From: an uncultured virus (IMG/VR IMGVR_UViG_3300043775_002819)
Taxonomy: Duplodnaviria > Heunggongvirae > Uroviricota > Caudoviricetes
IMG/VR virus record: IMGVR_UViG_3300043775_002819
Strand: one strand, 5' to 3'
DNA length: 64,000 nucleotides
Positions 45,026 through 53,994 of the stretch are shown here, piece by piece. Numbering within the stretch: the stretch's first letter is position 1; the number at the start of each line of letters is the position of its first letter. Both the position numbers and the translations under genes were made by a program. The notes under the pieces are model-generated. The model saw nothing but the letters and a program-made list of their open reading frames with translations. It made no database searches and was not told where the DNA came from.

Positions 45026-45840
45026 AACTTTTTAATAATATTTTATATTATAAATACTCATTAAGTTATCAACAGAGGGGATTTTTGTTAATAACTTTAT
45101 GTTAAAAAATTTGGAAATGACAAAAAGTCAGTCTTGCTCGCTTCACAACACAATCCCCTCACCCACTTTTATACCACAAACTCCCACAATTCATTACCAC
45201 TTTCTACCACCATTATTGGTCCTGTTGCTATACTGAGAGTGAAAAAATCCCCTCTCTTGACCCCTACAGGACCACTTTTTTAACTACTTATATTTTCCAG
45301 CTAAAAAAGTATAGTTAAAGAACAAGAAGCGTGGACAGTCCTTTAGGACGTTAGAATGGTATATTATATATAACTTCAACGACCACTTTAGTGTTTTACT
45401 TAGATCCAACTTAACATTCGACCCCCTAATAATAGACACATTATTTAGACTTGTAAATAATCTACTTAACTGTTCATTATTTCCCTGTGTTCAGCATCGT
45501 AGACCGACACGCCAGTGGAGTGCCACTGAACATTAATCTGTAGTGAACACCTCATCTAGGATTACTCTTTGATCTACTAAAGTTGGTGGTAATAAGTGGG
45601 GGAACTTTGTTCCCCATTTGTGAAATCACCAATAAACTGATCACCATAACGTCTTCTTTAATTGTGTCACTTATAAATGGGGGTCTTTCATTTAGTGGGG
45701 GGATTACATTACTGTTTAATATATGTGGTAATTAGTGGGACATATCCTATATAGAAATGTAATAATATAATACATGAATGAATGAAAAAAGGAGACCCGT
45801 ATGGAGTCTCCCTTTTGTAGTGAGTGAATGAATTATATTA

Positions 45841-46356
45841 TTACTCGTTAATATACCTTATCTCTTTTGATCCATCACTATAAACATAGATCATTGGTTG
45901 ATTAAACATAGTAGTTGTTTCTCTTCCCATAAAATCTACAACCTTTACAATTTCTTTTTTATTTACCGTTACTTCATTAAGTTCTAATACTGAACAATCA
46001 ACAACAAAGTTAATAAAGATTGTGAAATTTGTTGTTTGTGTAAAACATTGTGGTGTTTGGGGTGGGAATGGTTCTTGTGTTGCACCTACATACAAACAAA
46101 CTGTTACTGTGATAGGATAAAACGCAACTCCATTGTTCGAAACTGGAACATCAATAATATAATGATGAACATTTTGAGATTGCATACTATCAATAGATGT
46201 AGGTATCATACTGCCAGATCCTACTTCTGAAACATAAGTATTGGTTAATCCGTAAAGGCATTCATTTTGATTGGAGATATAAATGTTTGCAGGAACTTGT
46301 GAAAATGTCATAAAAGACATAAGAACAAGGATAAATGTCAATAATAGATTTTTCAT
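45841..46356 (-). CDS. secreted protein with T9SS type-A-like C-terminal sorting domain
   Basis: Signal peptide; KEIVKVVDFMGRE...IYVYSDGS. Confidence 0.65.
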   Translation of the reverse strand: MKNLLLTFILVLMSFMTFSQVPANIYISNQNECLYGLTNTYVSEVGSGSMIPTSIDSMQSQNVHHYIIDVPVSNNGVAFYPITVTVCLYVGATQEPFPPQTPQCFTQTTNFTIFINFVVDCSVLELNEVTVNKKEIVKVVDFMGRETTTMFNQPMIYVYSDGSKEIRYINE

Positions 46357-46405
46357 TGTTTTTTATTTAAAGATACTCATATTCCCCCACTTTATCCTAC
46401 ACTCT

Positions 46406-47098
46406 TTAACTTACCATAGATAAAAACTTTTTCATCTTTGTTAAATCCATTGTAACATTTTTAGGTATATGTGTAGGTGCCAATGATTCTTTTACATTTG
46501 GATTTGTTTGTTTGGCTAAATCATATATCGTTTTTTGATCCGTTCCTACATTGTATAAACCTTTTGCGTCTTTTTTAATTAGTTCTATTACCAATGAAGA
46601 TATAACGTCTGTGTAGTCAGCATTTGTTACCACATCAGTCCATGCTGAATCATATGGGAATGGTTTTGGTTTATGAGACAATCTACATATTAAATAATCT
46701 TTGGAGAATAATCTAATATGTTCATCAGCCAAAACTTTAGATAAACTATACCAAGTGTTGTCAGGTGCTGGAACACTGTTCTCGTTAGCATTTTTTTGTG
46801 ATCTCGCATAAACATAATCTGTTGATATATGAATTAGTTTTGATCCCGCTTCATTACAGAACGTAACCAAATACGTAACAAACTCATAATTGTCTTTAAT
46901 GACCGATTCATAATCATCTGAATATGTATTTGTGTTTGCAATACAATTAAGAATCACGTCATATCCTTGTAGTTTATAAATCCATTCATCAAACGTTGTG
47001 ATATCAATATTATCTTTCTTTCTTGATAAAAAATCCCACCCTGTTTGGTTGATGATCTCTTGACCTAATTTTCCATTACCTAACACTAAAACTTTCAT
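46406..47098 (-). CDS. RmlD-like dTDP-4-dehydrorhamnose reductase / SDR
   Basis: GNGKLG, IHISTDYVY, YSLSK. Confidence 0.8.
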   Translation of the reverse strand: MKVLVLGNGKLGQEIINQTGWDFLSRKKDNIDITTFDEWIYKLQGYDVILNCIANTNTYSDDYESVIKDNYEFVTYLVTFCNEAGSKLIHISTDYVYARSQKNANENSVPAPDNTWYSLSKVLADEHIRLFSKDYLICRLSHKPKPFPYDSAWTDVVTNADYTDVISSLVIELIKKDAKGLYNVGTDQKTIYDLAKQTNPNVKESLAPTHIPKNVTMDLTKMKKFLSMVS

Positions 47099-47106
47099 AA
47101 CTTAAT

Positions 47107-47143
47107 TATATAAAAAATCCCCCATTAAAACAAACGGAGGATT
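47107..47143. repeat. 37-bp direct repeat copy 1 (hairpin/promoter module)
   Basis: TATATAAAAAATCCCCCATTAAAACAAACGGAGGATT, identical at 48732-48768. Confidence 0.85.
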
Positions 47144-47214
47144 GAATTATTTATTCTTTTTGTTTAATTATAAAACTCAACATTTAGTTTTGTATCATAC
47201 CATAATATATTGTA

Positions 47215-48033
47215 TTATTTACCAATTAACGATAATCTTTTTCTTTCTATTTCACAATACTCTTCAGATAATTCTGACCCTATATAATTTCTATTGTTTA
47301 AAATTGACATTTTAGAGGTGGTTCCACTACCCATAAACGGGTCATATATTAAATCACCTTCATTTGACCAACTAATTATGTGTCTCCTTACTAACTCTTC
47401 AGGAAATATTGCGGGGTGTTCGAATGCGACCTTATCATGAGTGCTATTTCCACCACCAACATAAAAATCCCATATATTGTAATCAGGCACCATTTCTTTA
47501 ACAAAATAATCATTTTGATTAAAATCTCCATCTTGATTCCTTGAAAACTTTTTCTTTCTATAAACTCGTTTGTCATTACATTTATTACTTCTTTCCCGTA
47601 ATTCTATGTTAGTCGTTTTAGGTTTGCCTTTAGAGAAGACAAACATATACTCAAACATCTGTTGATATCTTATACCAGCATTAGGCATAGGGTTTAATTT
47701 CCTATATATCATCGTATCATGAACTTTAAATCCAATCTCTTTGAAATAAAGTGCTTGTCTAAATGAGTTTAAAGATTCTGAACCATCAATCATGCTATCA
47801 TTAACCACCCAAACAACAACTCCCCCTTTTTTAGTTACTCTATACAGCTCATTTGCAATATCTTCGAATGGGAATGAGTATCCGTTAAATTCATTACTTA
47901 ATTTACCAACCTTTTTATTATAATTTCTTATTTCATCATAAGGTGGTGATGTGATTGTTAAGTCGATAAAATTATTGGCCATAGAACCCATTGTTTTTAA
48001 ACAACTCTCGTTATAAGTTTTATTAATTTCCAT
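47215..48033 (-). CDS. DNA methyltransferase, N4-C/N6-A beta class
   Basis: TSPPY, HPAIFP, DPFMGSGTT. Confidence 0.92.
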   Translation of the reverse strand: MEINKTYNESCLKTMGSMANNFIDLTITSPPYDEIRNYNKKVGKLSNEFNGYSFPFEDIANELYRVTKKGGVVVWVVNDSMIDGSESLNSFRQALYFKEIGFKVHDTMIYRKLNPMPNAGIRYQQMFEYMFVFSKGKPKTTNIELRERSNKCNDKRVYRKKKFSRNQDGDFNQNDYFVKEMVPDYNIWDFYVGGGNSTHDKVAFEHPAIFPEELVRRHIISWSNEGDLIYDPFMGSGTTSKMSILNNRNYIGSELSEEYCEIERKRLSLIGK

Positions 48034-48709
48034 GATTTAAAATAATATCAATACATTTATTATAAATAATATCAAAATTATGACATTTATCAATAGCCGA
48101 ATATGCATGCTCTCTTTTTTTAAATTCTTTGTGAACCCAATAATCAACTTCACAAATATCAGTATTTAATATACCCATATACTCTAAATATTTATTATTT
48201 GTGACCACATTAACATTACCTTTAACACCATCCCCGCAGGCTAAAATCATGCCAATAACAACGTCTACTTTATATGGTAATCCATTTAAGTTAGGATTAA
48301 GATGATTAGGTAACAAATGAAAATAATTAGATACTTTATCTTGATTTATGAAATCATTTAAACCTTTAAGTGTGCTATACAATGAGGAAGTGTTAAAAGA
48401 CGCATCATTACCTTTTTGTTGTGAAACTCTAATGTCAACAATACCATCAATGATCTTTACCGCCATTAAATCGACTTTAGTAGTATCCTGTGGTAATTTA
48501 ACAATAACTCTGTCTTCTTGGAAATTTATTAAAGCATCCTCTCTAAGATTTGCGATAATAGTATCTTTGGAATTTTTAGAAAAAATCTTATTATATTCGT
48601 AAATAACTTTGTCTTTGAATTCTCGTGAATTAATATTCAGACCTAAATTAATTAAATTTTCTATGATTTCGATTATTTGTGCAGGAGACGCCCCTTTTTT
48701 TATACCCAT
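48023..48709 (-). CDS. putative restriction endonuclease partner
   Basis: Overlaps MTase start; VDL...SQQKG resembles a PD-(D/E)xK core. Confidence 0.45.
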   Translation of the reverse strand: MGIKKGASPAQIIEIIENLINLGLNINSREFKDKVIYEYNKIFSKNSKDTIIANLREDALINFQEDRVIVKLPQDTTKVDLMAVKIIDGIVDIRVSQQKGNDASFNTSSLYSTLKGLNDFINQDKVSNYFHLLPNHLNPNLNGLPYKVDVVIGMILACGDGVKGNVNVVTNNKYLEYMGILNTDICEVDYWVHKEFKKREHAYSAIDKCHNFDIIYNKCIDIILNHGN

Positions 48710-48731
48710 TTGTTTATCTATTTAACACAAA

Positions 48732-48768
48732 TATATAAAAAATCCCCCATTAAAACAAACGGAGGATT
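48732..48768. repeat. 37-bp direct repeat copy 2
   Basis: Identical to 47107-47143; degenerate third copy at about 49870-49903. Confidence 0.85.
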
Positions 48769-48771
48769 AAA

Positions 48772-49098
48772 TTATTTTAAATGAAATTTAAGTGGAATTT
48801 TTAAATTAATTGATCTGAACCTTTCTTGTGATATATTCATGTTTTGACCATTTTTGAAATGTATATCTAAAGACCCATCGTTTAATATATCCACTTTATG
48901 AACTTCAGTTTTTATGGGCTCAACACCCATCAATGTTACTGGTTTATTGATTATATTTTTAATGATGGTGTTTGTGTCACCTGTGGTTTGTTCATTAATA
49001 ACCCCCATCATTTCTTGTATTCTTGATATTTGTTCTTGTAGGTTCATATCTAATAAATATCTAAGAAACTTTAAATTCGCAAGTGATATAAAAATCAA
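48772..49098 (-). CDS. hypothetical protein (MNLQEQISRIQEMM leader)
   Basis: Leader family; true start probably internal. Confidence 0.65.
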   Translation of the reverse strand: MIFISLANLKFLRYLLDMNLQEQISRIQEMMGVINEQTTGDTNTIIKNIINKPVTLMGVEPIKTEVHKVDILNDGSLDIHFKNGQNMNISQERFRSINLKIPLKFHLK

Positions 49099-49318
49099 AT
49101 GGGAACATATTTGACATATCTTCCTCTAATTGTTTTAGTATATTTAAATCCCTTCCTTTTCTCCCGAAGAACTTATGTGCCTTTTGGGCCGTATCACAAT
49201 GCACAGTAATGAAAAATATTTTTTTGTTTGCACTATATCTGAATTTTAAATCATCATAATCATGTGGTATGATCAGTTTGAAATAGTCCAATATAAGTTT
49301 ATCTAATTTATTTTCCAT
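49061..49318 (-). CDS. hypothetical protein
   Basis: ORF in coupled run. Confidence 0.6.
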   Translation of the reverse strand: MENKLDKLILDYFKLIIPHDYDDLKFRYSANKKIFFITVHCDTAQKAHKFFGRKGRDLNILKQLEEDMSNMFPFDFYITCEFKVS

Positions 49319-49605
49319 GCTCCGTATTTATATTCTTTAAGCATTGGTTTTAAATTAATGTTCGGGTAATTAATATATTCCACCAACAATTTGACTTTAA
49401 GATTTGGTAAGTATCTTTTTATTTGATTTCTTATGTATCTAATGTTTGGTTCTGCGTTTTCAATAGCCATACTATAGAATACATGACTACCTTTTAAATC
49501 TTTTGTTATAGAAATAAAATATGATCCATCTTCCTGTAAAGAAATTTTTAATGGCAAATTAATGTCATCAAACAAAGATTCTATGTATTCGGTTAAGTCT
49601 TTCAT
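49303..49605 (-). CDS. hypothetical protein
   Basis: MKDLTEYIESL, paralog of the adjacent ORF. Confidence 0.65.
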   Translation of the reverse strand: MKDLTEYIESLFDDINLPLKISLQEDGSYFISITKDLKGSHVFYSMAIENAEPNIRYIRNQIKRYLPNLKVKLLVEYINYPNINLKPMLKEYKYGAWKIN

Positions 49606-49857
49606 TTAAACAAAAATATAAGTTGTGTAAAACATAACTTGGTTATCAGGTAAAAAAGTTTTCATAATGTCATTTATTGTATAGTCGGTGGTAAACGACA
49701 TAATATATTGGTAAGAATCTTGTGTTTCAGGATTAAAATTCTCCTTAGTTATGGTGATTTTAATTGAATACTTATCGTTATATTTTTTAACCTCAACTTT
49801 TTTGTCGGGCATATGATCATCGAGCAACGACTCTATATATTTGGATAAATCTTTCAC
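49606..49857 (-). CDS. hypothetical protein
   Basis: MKDLSKYIESL. Confidence 0.65.
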   Translation of the reverse strand: MKDLSKYIESLLDDHMPDKKVEVKKYNDKYSIKITITKENFNPETQDSYQYIMSFTTDYTINDIMKTFLPDNQVMFYTTYIFV

Positions 49858-49927
49858 TAACGCTAAGATAAAAAAAATCCCCCATTTTTACAAGTGGAGG
49901 ATCAAATTATTTGTTCTTTTATCTTTA

Positions 49928-51172
49928 TCATACAAAATATAATTTTAGTTGTCCTAATCTCATGGTATCTATAATTGAGTAACCACCAACTGATGATACT
50001 ATAAGTTCTAATTCGTCGTTTAAATCATCAAGTTCTCCTTTTCCTATAATATCACCTAATCTAACGGGATCTTCTTCTTCCCATCCACTATTTGAAGGGA
50101 AAGGTTTATATTCATAATATTCTCTCCATTGTTTTGCTCCCCACTTTTCATCTACTTTTAATTCTCCGTAAATTGTTAATGTGTTGGAAAATTCAGAATA
50201 ACTAATATTATCTATTTCTATTTCTTTAAACCAAGAAAAACTCTTTGGTATAATTTTGTTGATCGCACTTTCTATATTGGAATAGTCTTCTTCTTTTGGA
50301 GTCCAATATTCTTTTAATGATTTATTTTTCTTTTTAACACAATTAGGATATCTCTTACCAAACATTGTCTTCATACCTTTTTGAGTATATCCTTTCCAAC
50401 ATTTCTCTGTAAGTTCTGTTTCTTCATTATATTGGTGTTTGAAATGAACATGATCTGGTTTCATTTCAAATGCAGGTGCGGCATAACCACCAACACCTTC
50501 GGTTTCTTCTTCTTTATGAGTATCATCACATTTTGTTGTGTCGTAAGCAATATATATCCCGTCAAACTTTGGTAAATAATCTTCAATTAATCCTTTAAGT
50601 TCTTGTTTAGATTGTCCGTATCTTTCATAACCAAAATCTTTCAAACTATCATAAGTAAAATATAAAATGATCCTTATTGAAATTCCTTCTCTATGATGTA
50701 GTTTGATTACATCCCAACTTAACCCACAAATACCTTCATCAAATACATCATAAACTAACTTGTTAATTAGTTTTTCATATTTCATGAAAGGTTTTTTAAG
50801 ATCACTTACATGTTCTTTCACTGATTCTGTTAGAATATCCTGAACTTCTAAATTATGTTTATTTACAGGAGCACTACGGTGTTGAGAAAAATCGTGTTTG
50901 GTTAATTTTCTTCCCATTCGTTTTTCTAAACAAGACATACAAAGTGTATTGGTATTGTTTCCGAATTCACGCCAAATATCATCGTCGACCATGTACATTT
51001 GATAATTGGGATCTCCGCAATCTTCGCATGTGAATTTTTCTTTTTCTGATTGTATTGTACTAGGATCAACTTCTACCCTTTTTTTAAACCTGAAAAAATT
51101 ACCAAGATCATCTAATAAACTTTCATTAGTTTCTTCTTTGAGTATATTTTTGATATGTTGTTTTAGATCCAT
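49928..51172 (-). CDS. modular hypothetical protein (Zn finger; CWKGY...PNCV module)
   Basis: Modules separated by LxE sites. Confidence 0.7.
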   Translation of the reverse strand: MDLKQHIKNILKEETNESLLDDLGNFFRFKKRVEVDPSTIQSEKEKFTCEDCGDPNYQMYMVDDDIWREFGNNTNTLCMSCLEKRMGRKLTKHDFSQHRSAPVNKHNLEVQDILTESVKEHVSDLKKPFMKYEKLINKLVYDVFDEGICGLSWDVIKLHHREGISIRIILYFTYDSLKDFGYERYGQSKQELKGLIEDYLPKFDGIYIAYDTTKCDDTHKEEETEGVGGYAAPAFEMKPDHVHFKHQYNEETELTEKCWKGYTQKGMKTMFGKRYPNCVKKKNKSLKEYWTPKEEDYSNIESAINKIIPKSFSWFKEIEIDNISYSEFSNTLTIYGELKVDEKWGAKQWREYYEYKPFPSNSGWEEEDPVRLGDIIGKGELDDLNDELELIVSSVGGYSIIDTMRLGQLKLYFV

Positions 51173-51199
51173 TACTTAATAAATATTAAAAAAAACCAA

Positions 51200-52228
51200 T
51201 TAGTCCCTACTTCTTAATGGCACTATTTCTACATCAAACATATCTATACGAGGATCATAAAATCTCGGGTTTGTTCGTAAACGATTTAATACTTCACCAT
51301 AAAAATCATTGAATGAAAAATACTCCCTGAAATCATCGAACTCAAAGTCAGTCATTTCTTCAATGAAATTATCGTCAACTTGTTCTTCTTTACCGTCTTC
51401 AGTTATTTTAACACCCTCAAAATATCCCCTTGTGGTAATTTCAATAGTATCACTGTTTATGTGAATTTGATATCTTACAAATTCAAAGTTTAACATATAC
51501 TGAGATTTATAGGCGTCGAATTCTAAATACTTTTTATTTTTTAATGTTGTTTCAATAAAGTTTTCATCATTTTTGTTTAAGTAATACCGACCGTTTGGCA
51601 TGTTTTCTATAACATTCATTTGTTTGTATAACCCATAAAAATCTAAATTAACAAAAGAACAAAAATCTCTAAACTCATCAACCGCCACTTCTTTAATCAA
51701 TTCCCCATTGAAAGAATAATCCTCAGGGTTTTCAATAATCCAAGTAATAACATCATATTCTTCGTGATAATTTGGTTGTAAAATTATTCCTTTATATTCA
51801 ACTGGTTGTTCATGTAAAAAGTTTTTGTAGAAGTATTTAATTGGTTTTTCTAATTTTTTCTTTTTTTCAGATTCGTTAATAACATTTCCCAAATTATCAT
51901 ATTTCAACTTTTCAGTGTCAATGTAAACATCAACAATTTTATGTCTAAAATCCCAATGAAAAGCCCAATAAGGACAAACAACAACATGACCACCTGTAAT
52001 TTGCATGATTTCGTCTGATATGTGTTCCGCAAACCAAGATGTGATGTTTGCGGCAGGATCGTCGGAGTCAAAGTAAATTTTAAGGAGTGGTTTATCATCA
52101 TATGTGGATTGCTCAATAAAAGAAACCTCATCAAACAAATCATATATCATTTGTTTAACCAAATTAACTTTATTGTTTTGGTTTTCCTCAACAAGAACAT
52201 TTTTAATATGTTGTCTAAGTTGATTCAC
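51200..52228 (-). CDS. hypothetical protein
   Basis: LRQHIKNVLVEE leader. Confidence 0.7.
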   Translation of the reverse strand: MNQLRQHIKNVLVEENQNNKVNLVKQMIYDLFDEVSFIEQSTYDDKPLLKIYFDSDDPAANITSWFAEHISDEIMQITGGHVVVCPYWAFHWDFRHKIVDVYIDTEKLKYDNLGNVINESEKKKKLEKPIKYFYKNFLHEQPVEYKGIILQPNYHEEYDVITWIIENPEDYSFNGELIKEVAVDEFRDFCSFVNLDFYGLYKQMNVIENMPNGRYYLNKNDENFIETTLKNKKYLEFDAYKSQYMLNFEFVRYQIHINSDTIEITTRGYFEGVKITEDGKEEQVDDNFIEEMTDFEFDDFREYFSFNDFYGEVLNRLRTNPRFYDPRIDMFDVEIVPLRSRD

Positions 52229-52230
52229 AA

Positions 52231-53100
52231 TTACATTACTTGGTTTAAGAATGTTTTAACAGCTCTTACCACATTTTGAGCGTAAGAGTCAAGGTGTCTT
52301 TCATAAAAATTGAAGGGTTCAATTACATCATGTTCTATCAACATTTTAATAATTGTCATTCTTTGTTCTTGTTTGTTTTGAAATGTTGATATGGTATATG
52401 TTTCTCCGTTAACATCAAAAAATATTGTCTTAAATATTATTGGTTTTTCTTCATCACCAAAATTTCTTTCCTCCACTTTATATCTTCTTAAAAGAAAGTT
52501 TAATATCTTTTGAGTTGGGTCTTCTTCGTTTTCTTGAAGTGTCTTCGATTCGTTCATATTAATTTTATTGTAATACTCACGATGTAAGTTTTTAATATCA
52601 TTGTAATTATACCTAATGTCGTGGTCCAAACTTTCCCAGTCTTTTCCATTTACAAAGTCAATAGAAACATAATACCCATCTTTGTACATGTCTCTTACTT
52701 CAGGTTTTATATCAAGTTTACCTATGTTTAAATCAGCAATTGAGGAGTAAATAAATTGCTCCAACAATTTTTTATCACTTTCATTTAAGTTAGAATCATC
52801 ATAAATCAAATTAAGTATTGGCCAAGAGTTCGTTTCATGTATATTTTTAGCAATACCAACAACTTCAAATTCAAATGGGAATTCAATTATATCATTTTTG
52901 AAATGTCCTAAAAGATCCAACTTTCCTTTGAGTGAATCTATCATGTCCGTAAGATCAGGAAATGGTTTCATCATTCTTTTAAGATTATTTATTCCACCAA
53001 CCATTTCAGCAGCAACAAATATACCCTCATCTTTAATTACATCAAGTATGTTTGAAAGTGCTGAAGACTCTTTTAAGATATATCTAATTAACTCTCTCAT
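52231..53100 (-). CDS. hypothetical protein
   Basis: MRELIRYILKE leader; shares IKxxG...MVGG..NLK with 41937..42428. Confidence 0.7.
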   Translation of the reverse strand: MRELIRYILKESSALSNILDVIKDEGIFVAAEMVGGINNLKRMMKPFPDLTDMIDSLKGKLDLLGHFKNDIIEFPFEFEVVGIAKNIHETNSWPILNLIYDDSNLNESDKKLLEQFIYSSIADLNIGKLDIKPEVRDMYKDGYYVSIDFVNGKDWESLDHDIRYNYNDIKNLHREYYNKINMNESKTLQENEEDPTQKILNFLLRRYKVEERNFGDEEKPIIFKTIFFDVNGETYTISTFQNKQEQRMTIIKMLIEHDVIEPFNFYERHLDSYAQNVVRAVKTFLNQVM

Positions 53101-53561
53101 TTAACAAAAATGTAATTATCAACACCCAAATCTTTAGGTTCATTTTGATTAAAAACAGCCCGTGATCGTTTCATTTTGAGTTTGTTTGGTATCATTTCCT
53201 CATAAAAACTCTCTAAGTCATTTTGTAATATTCTATATTCATCGGTATCAAAGTTTTCATCTTCCTCATAATTTGTTTGAGAATACGGATATGGGTATTT
53301 TTCTCGTGTTTCGATATCCTTTTTCAAAAAATTATACCATTTTGGGTGTGGTTTCAAACCATAAAACTCCATCATTTTCGAGTGATCAATTTCAAGGTCG
53401 ATATATATTTTATAAGTCCATTTATCGGGTGAATCAGAATATTCCCAACCCACAACAAAAGGATATTGTTTTTTTAACATTATAACGGTAATGTCAATTC
53501 CTTTACGAATATCGTCAGGACTTGTTTCTTCTTTTAATATTTGTTTAATTAAATTTCTCAT
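53097..53561 (-). CDS. hypothetical protein
   Basis: MRNLIKQILKEE leader. Confidence 0.7.
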   Translation of the reverse strand: MRNLIKQILKEETSPDDIRKGIDITVIMLKKQYPFVVGWEYSDSPDKWTYKIYIDLEIDHSKMMEFYGLKPHPKWYNFLKKDIETREKYPYPYSQTNYEEDENFDTDEYRILQNDLESFYEEMIPNKLKMKRSRAVFNQNEPKDLGVDNYIFVK

Positions 53562-53980
53562 TATTCAGTTCTATAATCATCTTGGTGTAAATAAAATTCA
53601 ATATATAATTCACCATTATTACTTTCCCAATTTACTTTAATAGCAAAAAACATGAGATAACTATCACCATCAACTTTATTCAATTTACCGTTTTTTGAAA
53701 ATTCGTATTTTCCGATAATTTGGTAAATTTGATCTTCAACTTTTTTCATTTGGGTAGATAATTCATAAATGTCAGGATCCTCACAATAAGATTTGACTTT
53801 AATTGTTGCAGTGATATCTTTATATCTTTCGTAAAAATCAACATCAACAAATTCAATTTCTTCAATATCATTATTCACATTACTTTGAATAATATACTCA
53901 AGTGATTTCATATTTCTGAGAAATCTTTCTTTGAGTCCCCCGTCTTCTTCTTTTAATATTTTTCTAATTTTTTGTTTCAT
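53561..53980 (-). CDS. hypothetical protein
   Basis: IRKILKEE leader. Confidence 0.7.
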   Translation of the reverse strand: MKQKIRKILKEEDGGLKERFLRNMKSLEYIIQSNVNNDIEEIEFVDVDFYERYKDITATIKVKSYCEDPDIYELSTQMKKVEDQIYQIIGKYEFSKNGKLNKVDGDSYLMFFAIKVNWESNNGELYIEFYLHQDDYRTE

Positions 53981-53994
53981 TGTTTGTAATTCAA

